DNA of 63,460 nt, filler included, from Octopus bimaculoides (GCF_001194135.2; 4 parts of 4 records of this genome joined end to end with filler, not necessarily neighbours in it), one strand, 5' to 3'; shown: positions 29,272 to 43,376, numbered from the whole stretch's first letter. The notes: generated by a model from the sequence alone, not told the origin. Translations and numbers: made by a program.

Positions 29272-29870
29272 NNNNNNNNNNNNNNNNNNNNNNNNNNNNN
29301 NNNNNNNNNNNNNNNNNNNNNNNNNNNNNNNNNNNNNNNNNNNNNNNNNNNNNNNNNNNNNNNNNNNNNNNNNNNNNNNNNNNNNNNNNNNNNNNNNNNN
29401 NNNNNNNNNNNNNNNNNNNNNNNNNNNNNNNNNNNNNNNNNNNNNNNNNNNNNNNNNNNNNNNNNNNNNNNNNNNNNNNNNNNNNNNNNNNNNNNNNNNN
29501 NNNNNNNNNNNNNNNNNNNNNNNNNNNNNNNNNNNNNNNNNNNNNNNNNNNNNNNNNNNNNNNNNNNNNNNNNNNNNNNNNNNNNNNNNNNNNNNNNNNN
29601 NNNNNNNNNNNNNNNNNNNNNNNNNNNNNNNNNNNNNNNNNNNNNNNNNNNNNNNNNNNNNNNNNNNNNNNNNNNNNNNNNNNNNNNNNNNNNNNNNNNN
29701 NNNNNNNNNNNNNNNNNNNNNNNNNATATATATATGTATGTATAAACTGTGTCAATATGTAATTTATAGCAAAAACAACACTAAAGTGTGACAAATATTG
29801 AAACGCAATAAGAGGGGGGGTAGGGAGCATTGTGGGAAAGTGCGGCGAAGTAGGCGTTGTCTTTTATTTG

Positions 29871-29926
<56 letters not shown>

Positions 29927-30432
29927 GAACATCATCATCATCATCATCATTATCGGTATTCGATTTTTATGTGTCTTATATCAGAGATGTAAGAAGAGAG
30001 TTGCATTTAATATGTTGAATTTATTTATTAAAATTTATTTTGTTGCCAATATATGAATGGAAGTTACCACAAATTAGCCTACATACCAAGTAAACTGAAA
30101 ATTTATTAACAGCACTTAGAACAATTAATATATTTCCAGTAATGAAATCCATTTGTAATCAATAAGATTGTATTAATAAATTAATTAGGTGCAAAATGTG
30201 TATAATTCTCTATACATATTCAAGCTTTCAAGATAAATAATACTTTGGTGATTCTTTGTGAAGCTCTTTCTCATTAGTAATTGAAAATGATAATCAGTTA
30301 GAAACATTACCTGTAGTTTAATGAAGTTAAAATGTAATTACACATAGAAAACACACAACCACACTCAACCACATAGAACGCGCACAACCATGTATGGAAT
30401 CTCGCCTCCGTACAAACATAAACTTTATAAAT

Positions 30433-30985
30433 ATTGGTTTCGAATTTTAGCACAACGTCAGTAATATAGGGGGAGGGTCAATGTATTCGACCCCAGTGCT
30501 CAAAAGAATAAACGGAAAGGTCAACCTCGCTGGTATTTGAATTCTAAACGTTAAGAGGGCCGAAATACCGCATTAAGCATTAAGCTCCGCGTGCTAATGA
30601 TTCGGACATGTCGCTGCTTCCAATTTACAAAAGAGTGATTTCAAATTTTGGCACAAACCAGCAATTTCAGGTGAGAGGGTAAGTTGATTACATGAACCCC
30701 CAGTGCTCAACTTGTATTTGCTTTATCGACGCCGAAAGGATCAAAGGGAAAGTCAACGTAAAGAGGGATGAAATGCCATCAAATATTTTGCGAGTAATCC
30801 GCCTTAGACTTTGCAAGAATTGGTTTCAAATTTTGGCACAAAGCCCGCAATTTCAGGGTATGAGTAGGTCGATTACATCGACCCCCTCTTCTCATGTGGT
30901 ACTTACTTCATCCACGCTAAAAGATGGGCGAAATGCCACTAAGATTTTGCCTGGCGTGCTAACCATTTTGACAGCTAACTGCCTT
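30433..30985 (-). mobile_element. Three head-to-tail degenerate SINE family A copies
   Basis: The 3' motif ttggtttc(g/a)aatttt(a/g)gcacaa recurs at ~30434, ~30640 and ~30820, each followed by internally deleted family A body. Confidence 0.75.
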
Positions 30986-31034
30986 CAGTTTGCAAAATAA
31001 TATAAACACTTTTTATTACGTAAACAGAAGTGGT

Positions 31035-31109
<75 letters not shown>

Positions 31110-31115
31110 ATAGTA
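31035..31115. repeat. (GTA)n microsatellite
   Basis: Directly visible. Confidence 0.97.
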
Positions 31116-31559
31116 ACGTTAATGCTCATTGAGCAGAATTATGTAACTCTGGTGGAAAATCAAAGGCGAGTATTAAAGGCGCCTAGTGAAAGATAGCTTC
31201 TTTATTCTACTTTACTCACCAAATTTGAGCGATAAACGTATTCTTGCCAATACCGAGAAGGGAAAAAGAGATCTCATGATGTTCTTTCCTTTTTTTCTAT
31301 ACATTTAAATACATTGGCTATAATAAATCACATTAGAAATGTAGCTAGCAAGAAAAGTATTTCCATCAGTTGCTCTCGATACGTATTTCCTACACCTCCA
31401 TTGCAGTAGATTTCATTTTAGTTCTGTTATTTGAATTAACGACTTGCGTAATTTTAAACAGCAGAGTGATGTTGTTCTAAGATGGAAATGGAAGATCCGT
31501 CAGCAGAACAGTAACCTTTCGTTATTCTTTATATTAAATTTATTTCTGAATTTGCTAAA

Positions 31560-31695
31560 GCTTTGCCGGCGTTCCCAAGATCATTTCCATAATATCAGAT
31601 TCCACCGAGGTCGACGTTGACTTTCATCCTTTCGGAGTCGATAAATTAACTATCAGTTAAACGCCGGGGTCGATGTAATCGACTAGCTCCCCACC
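31560..31695 (+). mobile_element. SINE family A fragment
   Basis: ttccaccgaggtcgacgttgactttcatcctttcggagtcgataaattaac...ggggtcgatgtaatcgact. Confidence 0.8.
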
Positions 31696-31709
31696 ACACA
31701 CACAAACAG

Positions 31710-31740
<31 letters not shown>

Positions 31741-31851
31741 CACACACANNNNNNNNNNNNNNNNNNNNNNNNNNNNNNNNNNNNNNNNNNNNNNNNNNNN
31801 NNNNNNNNNNNNNNNNNNNNNNNNNNNNNNNNNNNNNNNNNTATTATTAAT

Positions 31852-32041
31852 GTGGTCAGCTGACAGAATCTTTAGCACGCCGGTCAATATGCTTAACAGT
31901 ATTTCATCTATCTTCACGTCCTGAGTTCAAGTTCCGCCGGAGTCGATAAAATAAGTACCAGTTACGCATTGGGATCGATGTAATCGACTCATCCCCTCCC
32001 CAAAATTTCAGGCCCTCTACCCAGAGTAGAAAGGATTATTA

Positions 32042-32075
<34 letters not shown>

Positions 32076-32083
32076 GGTTGTTG

Positions 32084-32134
<51 letters not shown>

Positions 32135-32136
32135 TT
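31852..32136 (+). mobile_element. SINE family A (internally deleted) with (ATT)n tail
   Basis: gtggtcagctgacagaatctttagcacgccgg head, ctgagttcaagttccgcc B-box, cagagtagaaaggattatt(att)n tail. Confidence 0.85.
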
Positions 32137-32139
32137 AAA

Positions 32140-32355
32140 GTGGCGAGCTGGCTGAGTCGTTAGCACGCTGGACGAAAGGCTTAGCAGTATTTTTCCCAAC
32201 GCTACGCCCTGAGTTCAAATTCCACCGAGATCAACTTTACCTTTCATCTTTTCGGGGTCAATAAATTAAGTACCAGTTGAGTACTGGGGTCGATGTAATC
32301 GACTTCCTCCTCCCCAAAATTTCAGGCCTTGTGCCTATAATAAAAAGGATTATTA
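32140..32355 (+). mobile_element. SINE family A, full length
   Basis: gtggcgagctggctgagtcgttagcacgctggacgaaaggcttagc...ctgagttcaaattccaccgag...ggggtcgatgtaatcgact...aaaggattatt. Confidence 0.92.
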
Positions 32356-32518
32356 CTGTTGTACTTGTTCCGCTATCCAGAATATTTACAGCAACAAATA
32401 CCAACAATTTTGTGAGGTGAGGTGTGTGTTAAAACCGCTCGAAATTTTACTTCAAACGTAGCGTCATAGCAAAATCTCTAAATGCCTATATATAGAGAAG
32501 CACTCGCGAGTCTAAGTA

Positions 32519-32700
32519 TGGAGCAACGGATACTGGTGTGTTTAGGTCCCCGTAATATTAGCTGTTCGGCATCAGAAATCGATAGAATAAGTACTAGGCT
32601 TACAATGAATAAGTCCTTGGGCCGATTGGTTCGACTGAAGGCGGTGCTTCATCATGGCCGCAGTCAAATGACTGAAATAAATAAAAGAATAAAAGAATTA
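32519..32700 (+). mobile_element. SINE family C 3' part
   Basis: gatagaataagtactaggcttac core (variant of the family A core) and distinct tail catggccgcagtcaaatgactgaaataaataaaagaataaaagaat. Confidence 0.6.
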
Positions 32701-32820
32701 CACCCGCCTAACACCACATGTACATCTACCACTACCATGACAATAGCCATAAACTCGCAACAGTATGTCCGCCACTATACCACCACTGACAACAATATCA
32801 ACAGCACCAAGGCTAAAGGG

Positions 32821-33155
32821 TAAAGACTCTCTCCGGCCATGTGTGACTATGGGGTTGCAGCTAAGAAGTTACCCCCCGAGGCACAAATCCGGGCAAGGTT
32901 GTTTATGGAAAACTAGCAGTCGTCCATGCATACTAGCCTTCTTTCTCCGTGCCATCGATTTTATCCAAGGGAAAGGCAAAGGCCGATACACCATGGCACC
33001 ATACACATTGTAACTCATTTTTGCAGCTGAGTGAACTGCAGCAATGAGAAATAAAGTGTCTTGCTCAAAAACGCAACACACCACCTGGTCTGGGAATCGA
33101 ACTCCCTATCTCATGGCTGTGATCCCGAAGCTCTAATCACTGAGCCACGTGCCTT
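32821..33155 (-). mobile_element. SINE family B (CORE-like central domain), full length
   Basis: Minus strand aaggcacgtggctcagtgattagagc...gagttcgattcccagacc...ttgagcaagacactttatttctcattgctgcagttcactcagctgcaaaaatgag; homologous to 36919-37238. Confidence 0.9.
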
Positions 33156-34750
33156 TACTACAGCAGCAACACTAACACTAACTACGAACACTACCCTATC
33201 ATGTTCACTGTATCGACGAGAACATCAGTACATCTACTATCACATCATCAGGAGATCATCCACCACCATCATGAGATCATCCAACAAAGCAGCATCTACA
33301 CCACGGCTGACAAGAAATGCAACGTTACCAGGGCGCTCACTACTACCTATACATCAATATTTCCATCAAAAACAGCACCACTATATCCATTTTACACCAC
33401 AACCGTCACTATCAGTACCACTGCAGCCTTCAATTACAAACCACTTTTTAAACTTTCCGATCTAAGCCTGACATATTCAGCTGCAAAATCAAAATGGCCA
33501 CAGTAAATACAAGTTAACAATGACTAATGGTTGTTTCATTGTCAACACTGACACATCTCCGGATTTTCACAAGATTGAATTATTTCTAATATTGTTTGTA
33601 TCTACAGAAACTAAACGCAGACAGATAATGACTTGTGGGCGATTCCAGTGGAATGCTGATCAGACACTAAAAGCAATTGCGGACGCGTTTCGACTTTTTC
33701 AGGATTTCTGGCGGATAAAGTTCCAACTAATTATTAGCATTTTTTTCTCAAGAATATACTTATTATTTTAAAGTTTAGTCCCAGAATTTGTTTTCACCTT
33801 TCCAACAGTATAATTATCATCAGTAGTTTGGTTTCTGATCTCAATTTATTCGGTTAGCATTTCTCTCATTTTACAAAACCAGATGTGTTATTTATTCTGT
33901 TGACTTGGCATTCTAGCTAGTTATCACTTCGGTAATTTAAGAGAAAAACACAGCACTTCACTAAAATGCCCCAATTAAGGCGAAACGTGCCAGCTACGAG
34001 ATATCAGCTTCCTGTTCCAACACGTAGCCGTCAAACTTACTCCACCTCCAGAACAGTGTGTAAGTTTTCTACCGACGCAAGCCCAAAATTAGTTTCCTCA
34101 AATCTGTTTGTTAAGTCGAAAACCATTATATTATATATGCTGATATAATTTCTTTTATCGCATGTCTGACATTAAACTTCATATTTTATATTTTTCGGTC
34201 ATTAAATAAATATGCTTCCACCTAAGAATGTTGACATAAAATATTCTTTTTTTGTCCTGTCGTCCATTGTGATTATAGACATAATGCGTTCTGCAAATTA
34301 TTCTGTCAGATCTCGTTTACAGGATGTTGGCGGGAAGAGTTAGATCATGGTATATCTTCCATTTTGACATAATGATTATCAGTCATAGAATGGTGTTCGT
34401 GTTAGTGGCGGTGGTAGTGTTGGGGATGGTGGTGATGTTGGTGTTGGTGGTTTTGGTGGTGGTACTAGCTATTATAAAAGTTGCAACAGCAGTACTAATA
34501 GTTACTATTTGAGTAGTAAACGTGTGGCATTATGTATCTACAACATAAACAAGCCTCGATAACCCACACAAACTATAAATAAATATCCGGTATTGATCAA
34601 AAATCACTGAAGAGTGATAAATTATGTATTGTAAATCATCACTCAGCTATCGTTTTCCTCACTTAGTACGTTAAAAATGTCAAGATTAAATAAATAAATC
34701 ATTGAATAGTATACTAAGCAAACTAGTTAACGTGTGCGGTGGGGTGGCAT

Positions 34751-34789
<39 letters not shown>

Positions 34790-36692
34790 NNNNNNNNNNN
34801 NNNNNNNNNNNNNNNNNNNNNNNNNNNNNNNNNNNNNNNNNNNNNNATATATATATATATATATATATATATATACGTATGTGTATATGTATATATGTGT
34901 ACGTCTATTAATGGATGGAGTAGTGCATTTTACAAATGAAATCCCATTTATTGTTAGGTTGTCAAAGCTGGCATCAACACAGTGTATGCACTCCAGCATA
35001 AACTATATAAAAATATCACCATCATCGTCGTCATCGTCGTCGTCGTCGTCTTCGTCTTCGTCTCTACTCCCGTCATGCTACCCTCATCATGACCACAACC
35101 ACAGATATCCATACGCATTTTCTTTTCGTACGTGATATGGGGTCGATGTGGAAACAGATGTAACTGCTGAACCATCTTTAACTACTAAATCTAATCATGG
35201 TAGCTATTGATGGGAGCCGGATTTTACCAGGCGAAATATCTTGCTTTGTTAAGAGGTTTTCACGTCTTTCGCTCGACCTAGAATGTGCGGTCTGAAAGTG
35301 TTAATCTGAAATGTAACTGGCCGTCTGTTTATCACAATTTCTTTAATCGACTCAGATACCAGGTAGATGAACTTAGACTTGAACAACAATAAATCTGGTA
35401 ATGTTTTCAAACTGGTAAACGTCTACGTCATAACACTGGTTGTAAAACTAGATTTCAATATTATCTAAAAGCTTCCCAATGAATATTATTTGTTCAATGT
35501 GTCCAAAATTTTAAAAGTGTAATCTATGTATTTCCTACATCACACGAATAAGGATTTCGATAAACCACTAGGGATATCTGGATCGTGCGTTGAGATTTCA
35601 TTGGCTTTAACCGGCATAAATGATATCTGTTATTCATTGTTTCGTGTAGCAGGCTGCACAGGCGCACAAATTAGTAGATCAACTTGTACAAGACATATAA
35701 ACAGAGCCCTGGATACTAGAAACAAAATGCAATTAACCCAATAGAAATAGATTTCAAAAACCAGATTAGCAAATTTGTTAAACGAAACTGACGAATGCAA
35801 TGGTGAATAACAAGTGACGTGTCCCAATAAAACAAATTTTAGAGCCAAGATGAGTCTATATAGAACAGCAGCTTCAAGTAGGAGCTGGTTAATCGATTGG
35901 GGTGGGAATTGAGACAGACAAATTATCACACAATGTGTCTCGGGTTAATCCTGGAGTAATTCCTCAGTGTGATACAACGGAGGCTAGCCTGTTCCTTTTG
36001 AGACACGTGATCCCGCAGACAATGTAATAAACACCATCTTATGGAAGACAATGGTAGCGATACACCGTTGAAACAAAAACGCGTCTCAATATTTAGCGGG
36101 TCGCATTGATTCAATTTTTCAATGACACTTTGCTGAAGTAATGTACGGAAAGTGGACGACGTTGACTCTCAGCCAATGACGCAGACATCCGACATAAAAC
36201 GAAACAAAGAACATATTTAAGTAGATAAGATAACGCACGTATAAAGCGACTGTGCGATGGCAAAAAATACCCCGGATGGGATGATCTGTCCAATGAACTT
36301 TATTCTTATAATTTAAATGTCTTTCCCGATATCTAGGCCAGTGCTTATGACAACTGTCAGTAGAGTAGAAGTATTAAATGTGAAAAAAAATGAACAGAAG
36401 GGCAGTGATGCTGTTATGGACAAACCCGAACAAATGATCGTGATGCACGACCTGAGGCCTTCACTTCTCGAAAAAACTTAAAGGATTCGGTAAAGTTTCT
36501 CGGCAAGAAATTCAGATTTGTCAGCGGTACTCCAGACGGAGATGCACAAACTTGTACAAACCACGGATGATCAATCCACACAGATATGACAACTTCCACT
36601 TGTGATGCAGTATAGAACGGATCAGCTCTAGCTCTGTCTTCCGTGTGACTCAGATCAATTTGATGTGCCTAAAGCGTGTCGCTCTCACTTAC

Positions 36693-36749
36693 ATCGTTAG
36701 TGGCAGCCGCTGCCTTTCTACCAGCTTCATCCGATCCCGCTTTCAGAAG
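36693..36749 (-). CDS. Candidate 57-nt phase-0 coding exon, LLKAGSDEAGRKAAAATND (unassigned)
   Basis: Consensus donor GAT|GTAAGT (GT at 36692-36691), AG acceptor at 36751-36750, only one open frame; no recognisable homology. Confidence 0.25.
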
Positions 36750-36918
36750 CTACATTGTAACAAATGTACAGTGACATAGATTCGATGGTCAAACTAAACT
36801 ACCACTTATCTGGACTGATTTGTACTACAACATTCAGCAATGACACATCCTCTCATCTCTTCTATATCTTTTGATCATTGTTTATTCATTTAAAATTGCA
36901 TATCTTACATCTGAAGTG

Positions 36919-37238
36919 AAGGCGCATCGCTCCGTTTTTAGAGATAGTGAGTTCGATTCCCAGGCCGGACTGTATGTTGTCTCATTCAGCAATGCACTCT
37001 ATTTTACATTGCTCCAGTTAACTCAGCTATAGAAATGTGCTGTAACGTCACTGGTACCAAGCTGTATCGACATTAACTTTCCCTTGGATGATATCGGTAA
37101 CGTGGAGAGAGGAGAAGCTGGTATTCGTGGGCGACTGTTGGTCTTCCATAAACAACTTTGCCCGGACTTGTGCCTCGGAGGGGAGCTTTCTAGGTGCAAT
37201 CACATGATCTTTCATGACCGAATTGGATCTTTACCTTT
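36919..37238 (+). mobile_element. SINE family B, full length
   Basis: gagttcgattcccaggcc B-box, ttgctccagttaactcagctatagaaatg core, cataaacaactttgcccggacttgtgcctcggaggg tail shared with 32821-33155. Confidence 0.9.
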
Positions 37239-38199
37239 CTACATCTGAAGAGAACATCATCAATACAAAATTAGTTCGATTGTGATCCAACAATTGAGCT
37301 CATAAGCAGACACTAAACATGTTAGAAATAACAACCAAAACTACTTCAAATCATGCCCTACCATCTTAAGGAATTAATGTGCCCACCCTTAGGTCAAAAG
37401 GATTATGTAGTTTTGAATGCATACTGGTAGGACTGGAACAAATTTGATCATAGATTTGATCAATGACAGCTGACTCAGGATTAACTTCAATTTCAACTCT
37501 TATAACTACTCTCAACTGGAAAAGAGACAGAGATTAGACACACACAGGCAGATTATAGTCGCATTGGAGAGAAAAATGAAACCAGTGTCAGTGAGTTGAT
37601 ATAATATATAATGAACTGTTGGTGAAAATAGGTATAGCAAGTAGATAAGAATGACAGAATATAAGGTTAGAATAGAGACAGAAGGAGATAGCTTGAAGAC
37701 TTGTGACATGGAGCTGATGTCTATAAGAGATAGAAAGAGGGCTACGAGAAATAGAAATGGGGCGTGAAGAAGACACAAACTATATTTAAAGAAAGATACT
37801 GAGCATGTACTGTGAGAATATTGGAAGATAAAAGAGAAGAGATACACAACATAGTTAAGAATACAGACGCCATATATAATAGATCGAAAACAGCAAAACA
37901 ATGTCACTGAGAATATTTAGTTGGAAGAAATAAAAGAGATAAAACGTAGACAAAAACAAAATGAGAAAAAATTATTATAAATATTGTTGATCGATTTTCT
38001 ATTCAGAAGAATAAGAAAACTGAAAAGGGGAAAAAAATATAAGCTGAATGAAAGTGAAGGAAGATTTGTCTTAGATTATTAAATTTACTTTCGATAAAGT
38101 TTATAGATATGTACACACACACACACACACATGTATTTATATGATTTACATGTATGTGCGTGTTTGTGCATGTATTATGTACATATACCTATATAAGTT

Positions 38200-38283
<84 letters not shown>

Positions 38284-39119
38284 TATGCTTATATATAGAG
38301 AGAGACAGAGACAGACAGACAGGCAGATATGCAGATATATATCTATATATATTTATGTGCATTTGTTTATGAACGATGACCGCGTGCATGTGTAACTTTC
38401 TGTGTGTTTGTATGTGTCTATCGATTTGTGTGTGCATGATTCTGTAATGTGTCGGCATTATATACAAAAAATCTTGATGGCAAGTGAAGAGAATTAAATT
38501 CCTGAGTTCTACTATGATTTGAAACTATATCGTAATAGCATTACAGTATTTATGTAGATTTAAGGTAACTATGTTGGCGTGTTAGTTCCCGCGGCTCTAA
38601 CATATGTATTCAAATGTAGCCTGAAATTGAATTTATATTTCAACCCTGTCAGAACGAAGCAAATTAAATCCCATTTATACACCAGGAGCAAGTCTCATCT
38701 CTGTGCAGACATTGTATTTGCTAACTAAATTTAATCGTATTGAAGCTGTGTGAGAATGAAATTGTTCAACGTTTACATTGTTAGTTTTAAGAGTCTTAGC
38801 TGTAGTGGCGAGAAAACAAAGAGAGTATTAACTTGGCTGACTATATTTAGTAATGTATCCGTGTGTTTAAATCTTGTAAGTCTTGGCCTTGTTTGCTGTC
38901 AACTTGTTTAACTACATTAGTCTTGCTTAGAAGAAATATTGTAAAGAATTTGTTTTTGCCCAGTGGTCGAAGTTCTGAAATCTGTCAGTGAGTGGTAACG
39001 ATGTTGACCCAGTTCCATGTTTATCTCTATATATATAGGTCGGATGCGGTGTTTCATTAATACACACTCGTTCTGGGATGGGTTTCGGTTTAGTTTGACT
39101 CAATCGTCGAGACTCACTG

Positions 39120-39715
39120 ATTTGTAACAACCAGCGCCCATCCGTGAAAGATTATCCTTCGTAACATGCACCATGCTATCTCTGATTTAGGTGCCTAGAT
39201 AGACGCAAGCACAAATAGACATCAAATATATCACAGCTGGAGGAAATGAGAGGTGCATCAGCATCGGTGGTTTCTTATTTTCAGCTGAGTACAGGGCAAC
39301 GACGTGAAATCAAGTACCACGGACAGGGACACAAGATGCCGTCTGGTCCAGAAATGAAGGCCACTACATCATGGTGGTGAGCCGAATGCCATAATCTCTG
39401 GCATACGCTTCTATGTGTGTGGGCGTGCGTGTGTGCACGTGTGTGTGCGCGTGCGTATATGCGTGTGCATGTGTATGTGTAAAGTACTGTCCATCGGCTA
39501 TTGACTTCCTGTTCCGCTGCAACTACATCGCTGCTCTTCTCTTTTTGTCCCTTTTGTATTCACCTTATTATCCACTTTCGTCTAAAATATATGAATTTTC
39601 ACTTGAATAGATTAGATCAAGGGGGATTTAAAGTGCCTTCCTCAAGAATTCAACGCATCGTCTGGTCCAGAAATTGAACGCACAACACTAGGATCGTGAG
39701 TCGTACAAAATATTC
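39120..39715 (-). mobile_element. Two degenerate family-B-related SINE pieces (39120-39400, 39620-39715)
   Basis: Minus strand ...ttcatttctggaccagacggcatcttgtgtccctg...actcagctgaaaataag and tcaatttctggaccagacgatgcgttgaattcttgaggaaggcacttt. Confidence 0.6.
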
Positions 39716-42700
39716 AACATTCAAACGATAAACTGTACCGAACACACCAATCTCGGAGCGGCTGTTATGGTCATGGTATAGCGCCTTCTTTCACCCTACA
39801 TCAATAACGAAAATGTGGTTGAAACATTTAAGAACATATGAGAAAAAATTAACCTCGAAAAATTTTAGGAATTCATTTAAGTAACATTCTCTTGCTTTTA
39901 TTAAACTTTGATTTCGAATACGTAAACTAATTGAGATTTTGAGGATGGAGGGTTGAATATTTCTTGTGACAATACTGTCGCATATACTTGAAAACTGATA
40001 TTGAGTTTTATATGAGTCCTGTACAGGGCCGGCAAATTATCCGACACAAAAATATCTAGTCTGTATGATACTAATTTGGAGGAGGGGTGCAATAATAGAT
40101 TGATTCTTTAACAATTTAGGCAATTTGCCTTGGAGTATTTTTCAAAGAAACCTTGTTGCAGTATTGACATTGGTGGAGATTTGTTAAGAATACAACAAAC
40201 TGTGTCTTATACACTTTTCTGAGCTGAACATTAAGAACACAGTTTCGTGTCACCTGTTCGAAATAATATGGATGCAAATAAAGCTTTCGGAAATATTGTT
40301 AAGGATAAAGTATCACGCGTGTATAGATCAGAAGAACATTATTATTGGAGATTCTACAAGATTCTCTAAGATTTTAATGACAATGGACAGATGGCCAGTT
40401 TAGGAGAAAACACTCCAAAGGATAAAGAAGGTGTTTCTTAGATTTTCTAGTACGTTTAACGCTTTGGAAACGCAGGAAACAGCTTCGTTTTAGGTCCTAA
40501 ATGTCATGTTTCATGGATAGTTTATGAAACTAGAAATATCAAAACTGAAATGTTTATGTAAGAACCAGATTTACATTTGCAGCGCATATCTTGAGAACAA
40601 CAGATAGTTGTTTGCTATGATCGATTATATTATTTTAGAAATGCTGAAACGATGTATTTTACATTGGCGTTTCTCTGTGTTTGGCGACAAAACTAAGGAG
40701 AATGAGAGTTTACGTTTATTTGGGGATGTTCGGCATTTATGATATTTATATCATTTCTAAAGTAATAGCAGCACAAATACATCGATGAGATTTTACAAAG
40801 AACTGAAATAATGTTGTGACATTAGTAATTAGTTCAGTCATTATGTAACTGACTGATAATGGCTAATTCTTGTATTAAGAGGCATTGGTGCCGACCTCGA
40901 AATATTAATTAATACAAATGAATTAATTATAGGATATAGTGGAGAGCAAATGTGAGTTTTAGTAATAAGGTACAACAACTTTGAATGTATTTCAATCTTA
41001 TTAGTCAACATCTCTGAAACGTACAGTAAAAAAGGACTGAAGATCTTAGAATAACCAAAGCACATATGGGCTTCTTCCGAGATTGAACACTTAGCGGCAT
41101 GATATTTTAAAATTACTGATGGTAACTGTGGCGATATATGAGTGAATGTTTCTATTAGCAGACACACACGCGCACACACACACAGATACTGTCCTGATGG
41201 CTGATATATGTCAAGTGCAACACAGAAAATATTATTTGAAGTTGTCCGTAGCCTCCTTGATTCAAATATTTTAATAACAAAATGGAATATTTGGAGACAG
41301 GCATTGATGCTATGTATGCTGGCTTTTTATGAAAGTCTCTTAAATTAAAACGTAAGAAGTGGGCAGACAGAGTAGGAAAGAGTAAAAAAAAAGAACAGAA
41401 TAAATGATAGATGAGATAGCAGAAAGATAAATATAGAATTTGAGACAGCAAAGCGATCTCATTTGTTGCCAGTATTTCGTGGTGGTCTTCTCTCTATATA
41501 TATTATATTCATCTCTTGCGCAAGTAGCGATTTATTCAAAATATAAAGTTTCCAAACACGAAACACCATATTCAACGTGATAACGTCTCGTAAAATATCC
41601 GAATATTGTTCAACTTTTAACAGTACTATTAGTATTTTTATGAAATGATTTCAAAATTTTCTCGAAATTTAGATTATTGTATTACAATTATATTAATTTG
41701 GTAATATAAATCTGTGTGAAAATATTACTTGGCGTATTAACAAAGAAATATCTAAATATAACTTATGCTGAAATATTACATTCGAAGTTATATGAAATGG
41801 TGAAATAAATAGTATATTTTATACTATTTATGCTGTGCGGCTTAGACAAAAGTGAAACACATTTAACCCTTAAAGACCATACGAGCAGCATCACAGAACA
41901 CTATATACGGGCCATTATATCTTGCTACGAATGAGCAAGGGAAAATTAACAAACGTAGCTATTGGACTTAAAGAGAACTTAAAACTTTACTAGATTACAA
42001 TAATAGCGTAAAATTAGCGAGCTGTTAACTAATTTAGAAACGTTGCGTTTAGGTATCGATGCAAATTCAGCTCTCCTGTCAACTCTAGAAAATGTTTTAT
42101 TTTTCACTTAACACCTTAGACGTATGGTGAAGTCATTGTAGGTATAGATTTAACAGCTTCGGTATATGTTTGAACCAGCCAATATGAGTACGTGTGCTAG
42201 TATATCTTTGCGTGTAGTTGCCTGAAAGACCGCAATAACATATATTCTTTGAGAATGTATAAAATTATATAGGCTTGGGCTTATTTCCTCTGGCTCAATT
42301 TTATTTCAGGTAAGTCTATATTCATGTTTTTGAACAGATGTATGTACTTGCTTGCGTGCCTACCAAGATATGTGAAAGACAAGAAATCATAGTGAAATAT
42401 TTGCTTCAGCATCCACGGTTCACTTAGTATTATGTTATACTGCATATACGACAACTCTACAGACCATTTTTTTAGACCATACTTCAATGAAAAACTGGAA
42501 TAAAAAATTATGATGTTAACGGTATCAATGTTGATATTATCAGGTATCCCTTGTTGTCACAGATTTTTATCAAGAACCCTGCATGAGGGAAAGATACTAA
42601 TGATAAATTTGGAGTTATGATGGGCTTCTTGGGCAGATCTCATGCTGGGATCTAATTGGATTATTCATATTAGATTAACTTAAATCTAGATTTATGATTT

Positions 42701-43029
42701 GGTGGAGAAATAATGGCCTAGCAATTTCTCACAGCTTAAAACAATAAAACCCAGATAAAATAAGTGAAACCCCGATTAAGTATTTTGAAAATAAACGATA
42801 ACGTAACATCATTCTCAGTGCTAACATAACAGTCTACTTCCTAGATGTCACTATGAATTTCGAAACATGCAAAAAGAAGATACACAGAAAATAAAATAAG
42901 CAACTGTTTTCCCCTGCAACTTCAAGAAAATTCTTAGCAATATTAATAGAAGAGTTCCTAATATCACCTCAAACAAAGGAAGATTTGATAGAACTGTAAA
43001 AAAAAAAAAAGAAGCTGACAAGCTGTCAG

Positions 43030-43150
43030 TTCTGACGATGAGGGTTCTACTTGATGCAATCAACGGAACAGCGTTGTCATGCAAGTGGCTGAACGCTCTA
43101 CAGACATGCATACACTTAAAATAGTTCACAGGGAGAATCAGCGTGATACT
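43030..43150 (+). mobile_element. SINE 3' fragment
   Basis: caacggaacagcg...gcaagtggctgaacgctctacagacatgc...tagttcacagggagaatcagcgtga resembles a cephalopod SINE tail from recall; not database-checked. Confidence 0.4.
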
Positions 43151-43348
43151 AACCCATGAGCAAAGAGGGGTTAGATGATGGCGGTGGTGTTTTCAAAGGG
43201 ATGGCATGTGTAACCTGATCACCTCTGCCGATCAAACTCCCAACCCATGCGGTCCAGTTGCAACACTGATTCTGCCCAAATTTGACGTCATGTTACTTAG
43301 TTTGGTTTGAAATAAAGAACTTGATTAGCTTAATAATCCCAACTTAAT

Positions 43349-43376
43349 CCCGGGCAAAGCCGGGCTATACTACTAG
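43349..43376 (+). mobile_element. Helitron 3' terminus
   Basis: GC-rich hairpin CCCGG-GCAAAG-CCGGG (43349-43364), then CTAG (43373-43376) followed by T. Confidence 0.75.

Noticed and set aside
33682-33702. Minus-strand CTGAAAA-AGTC-GAAACGCGTC hammerhead-like string
   Set aside because: G8 missing, stem II absent, no stem I; at most a decayed remnant
33607-33725. Acceptor-like tctacag followed by an open frame ETKRRQIMTCGRFQWNADQTLKAIADAF
   Set aside because: No credible donor and no recognisable homology
37560-37950. Purine-rich tract resembling a LINE 3' region
   Set aside because: No unambiguous motif recovered
39940-40150. DFEDGGLNI resembling the L1/Tx1 GGL motif
   Set aside because: Single short motif among many stops
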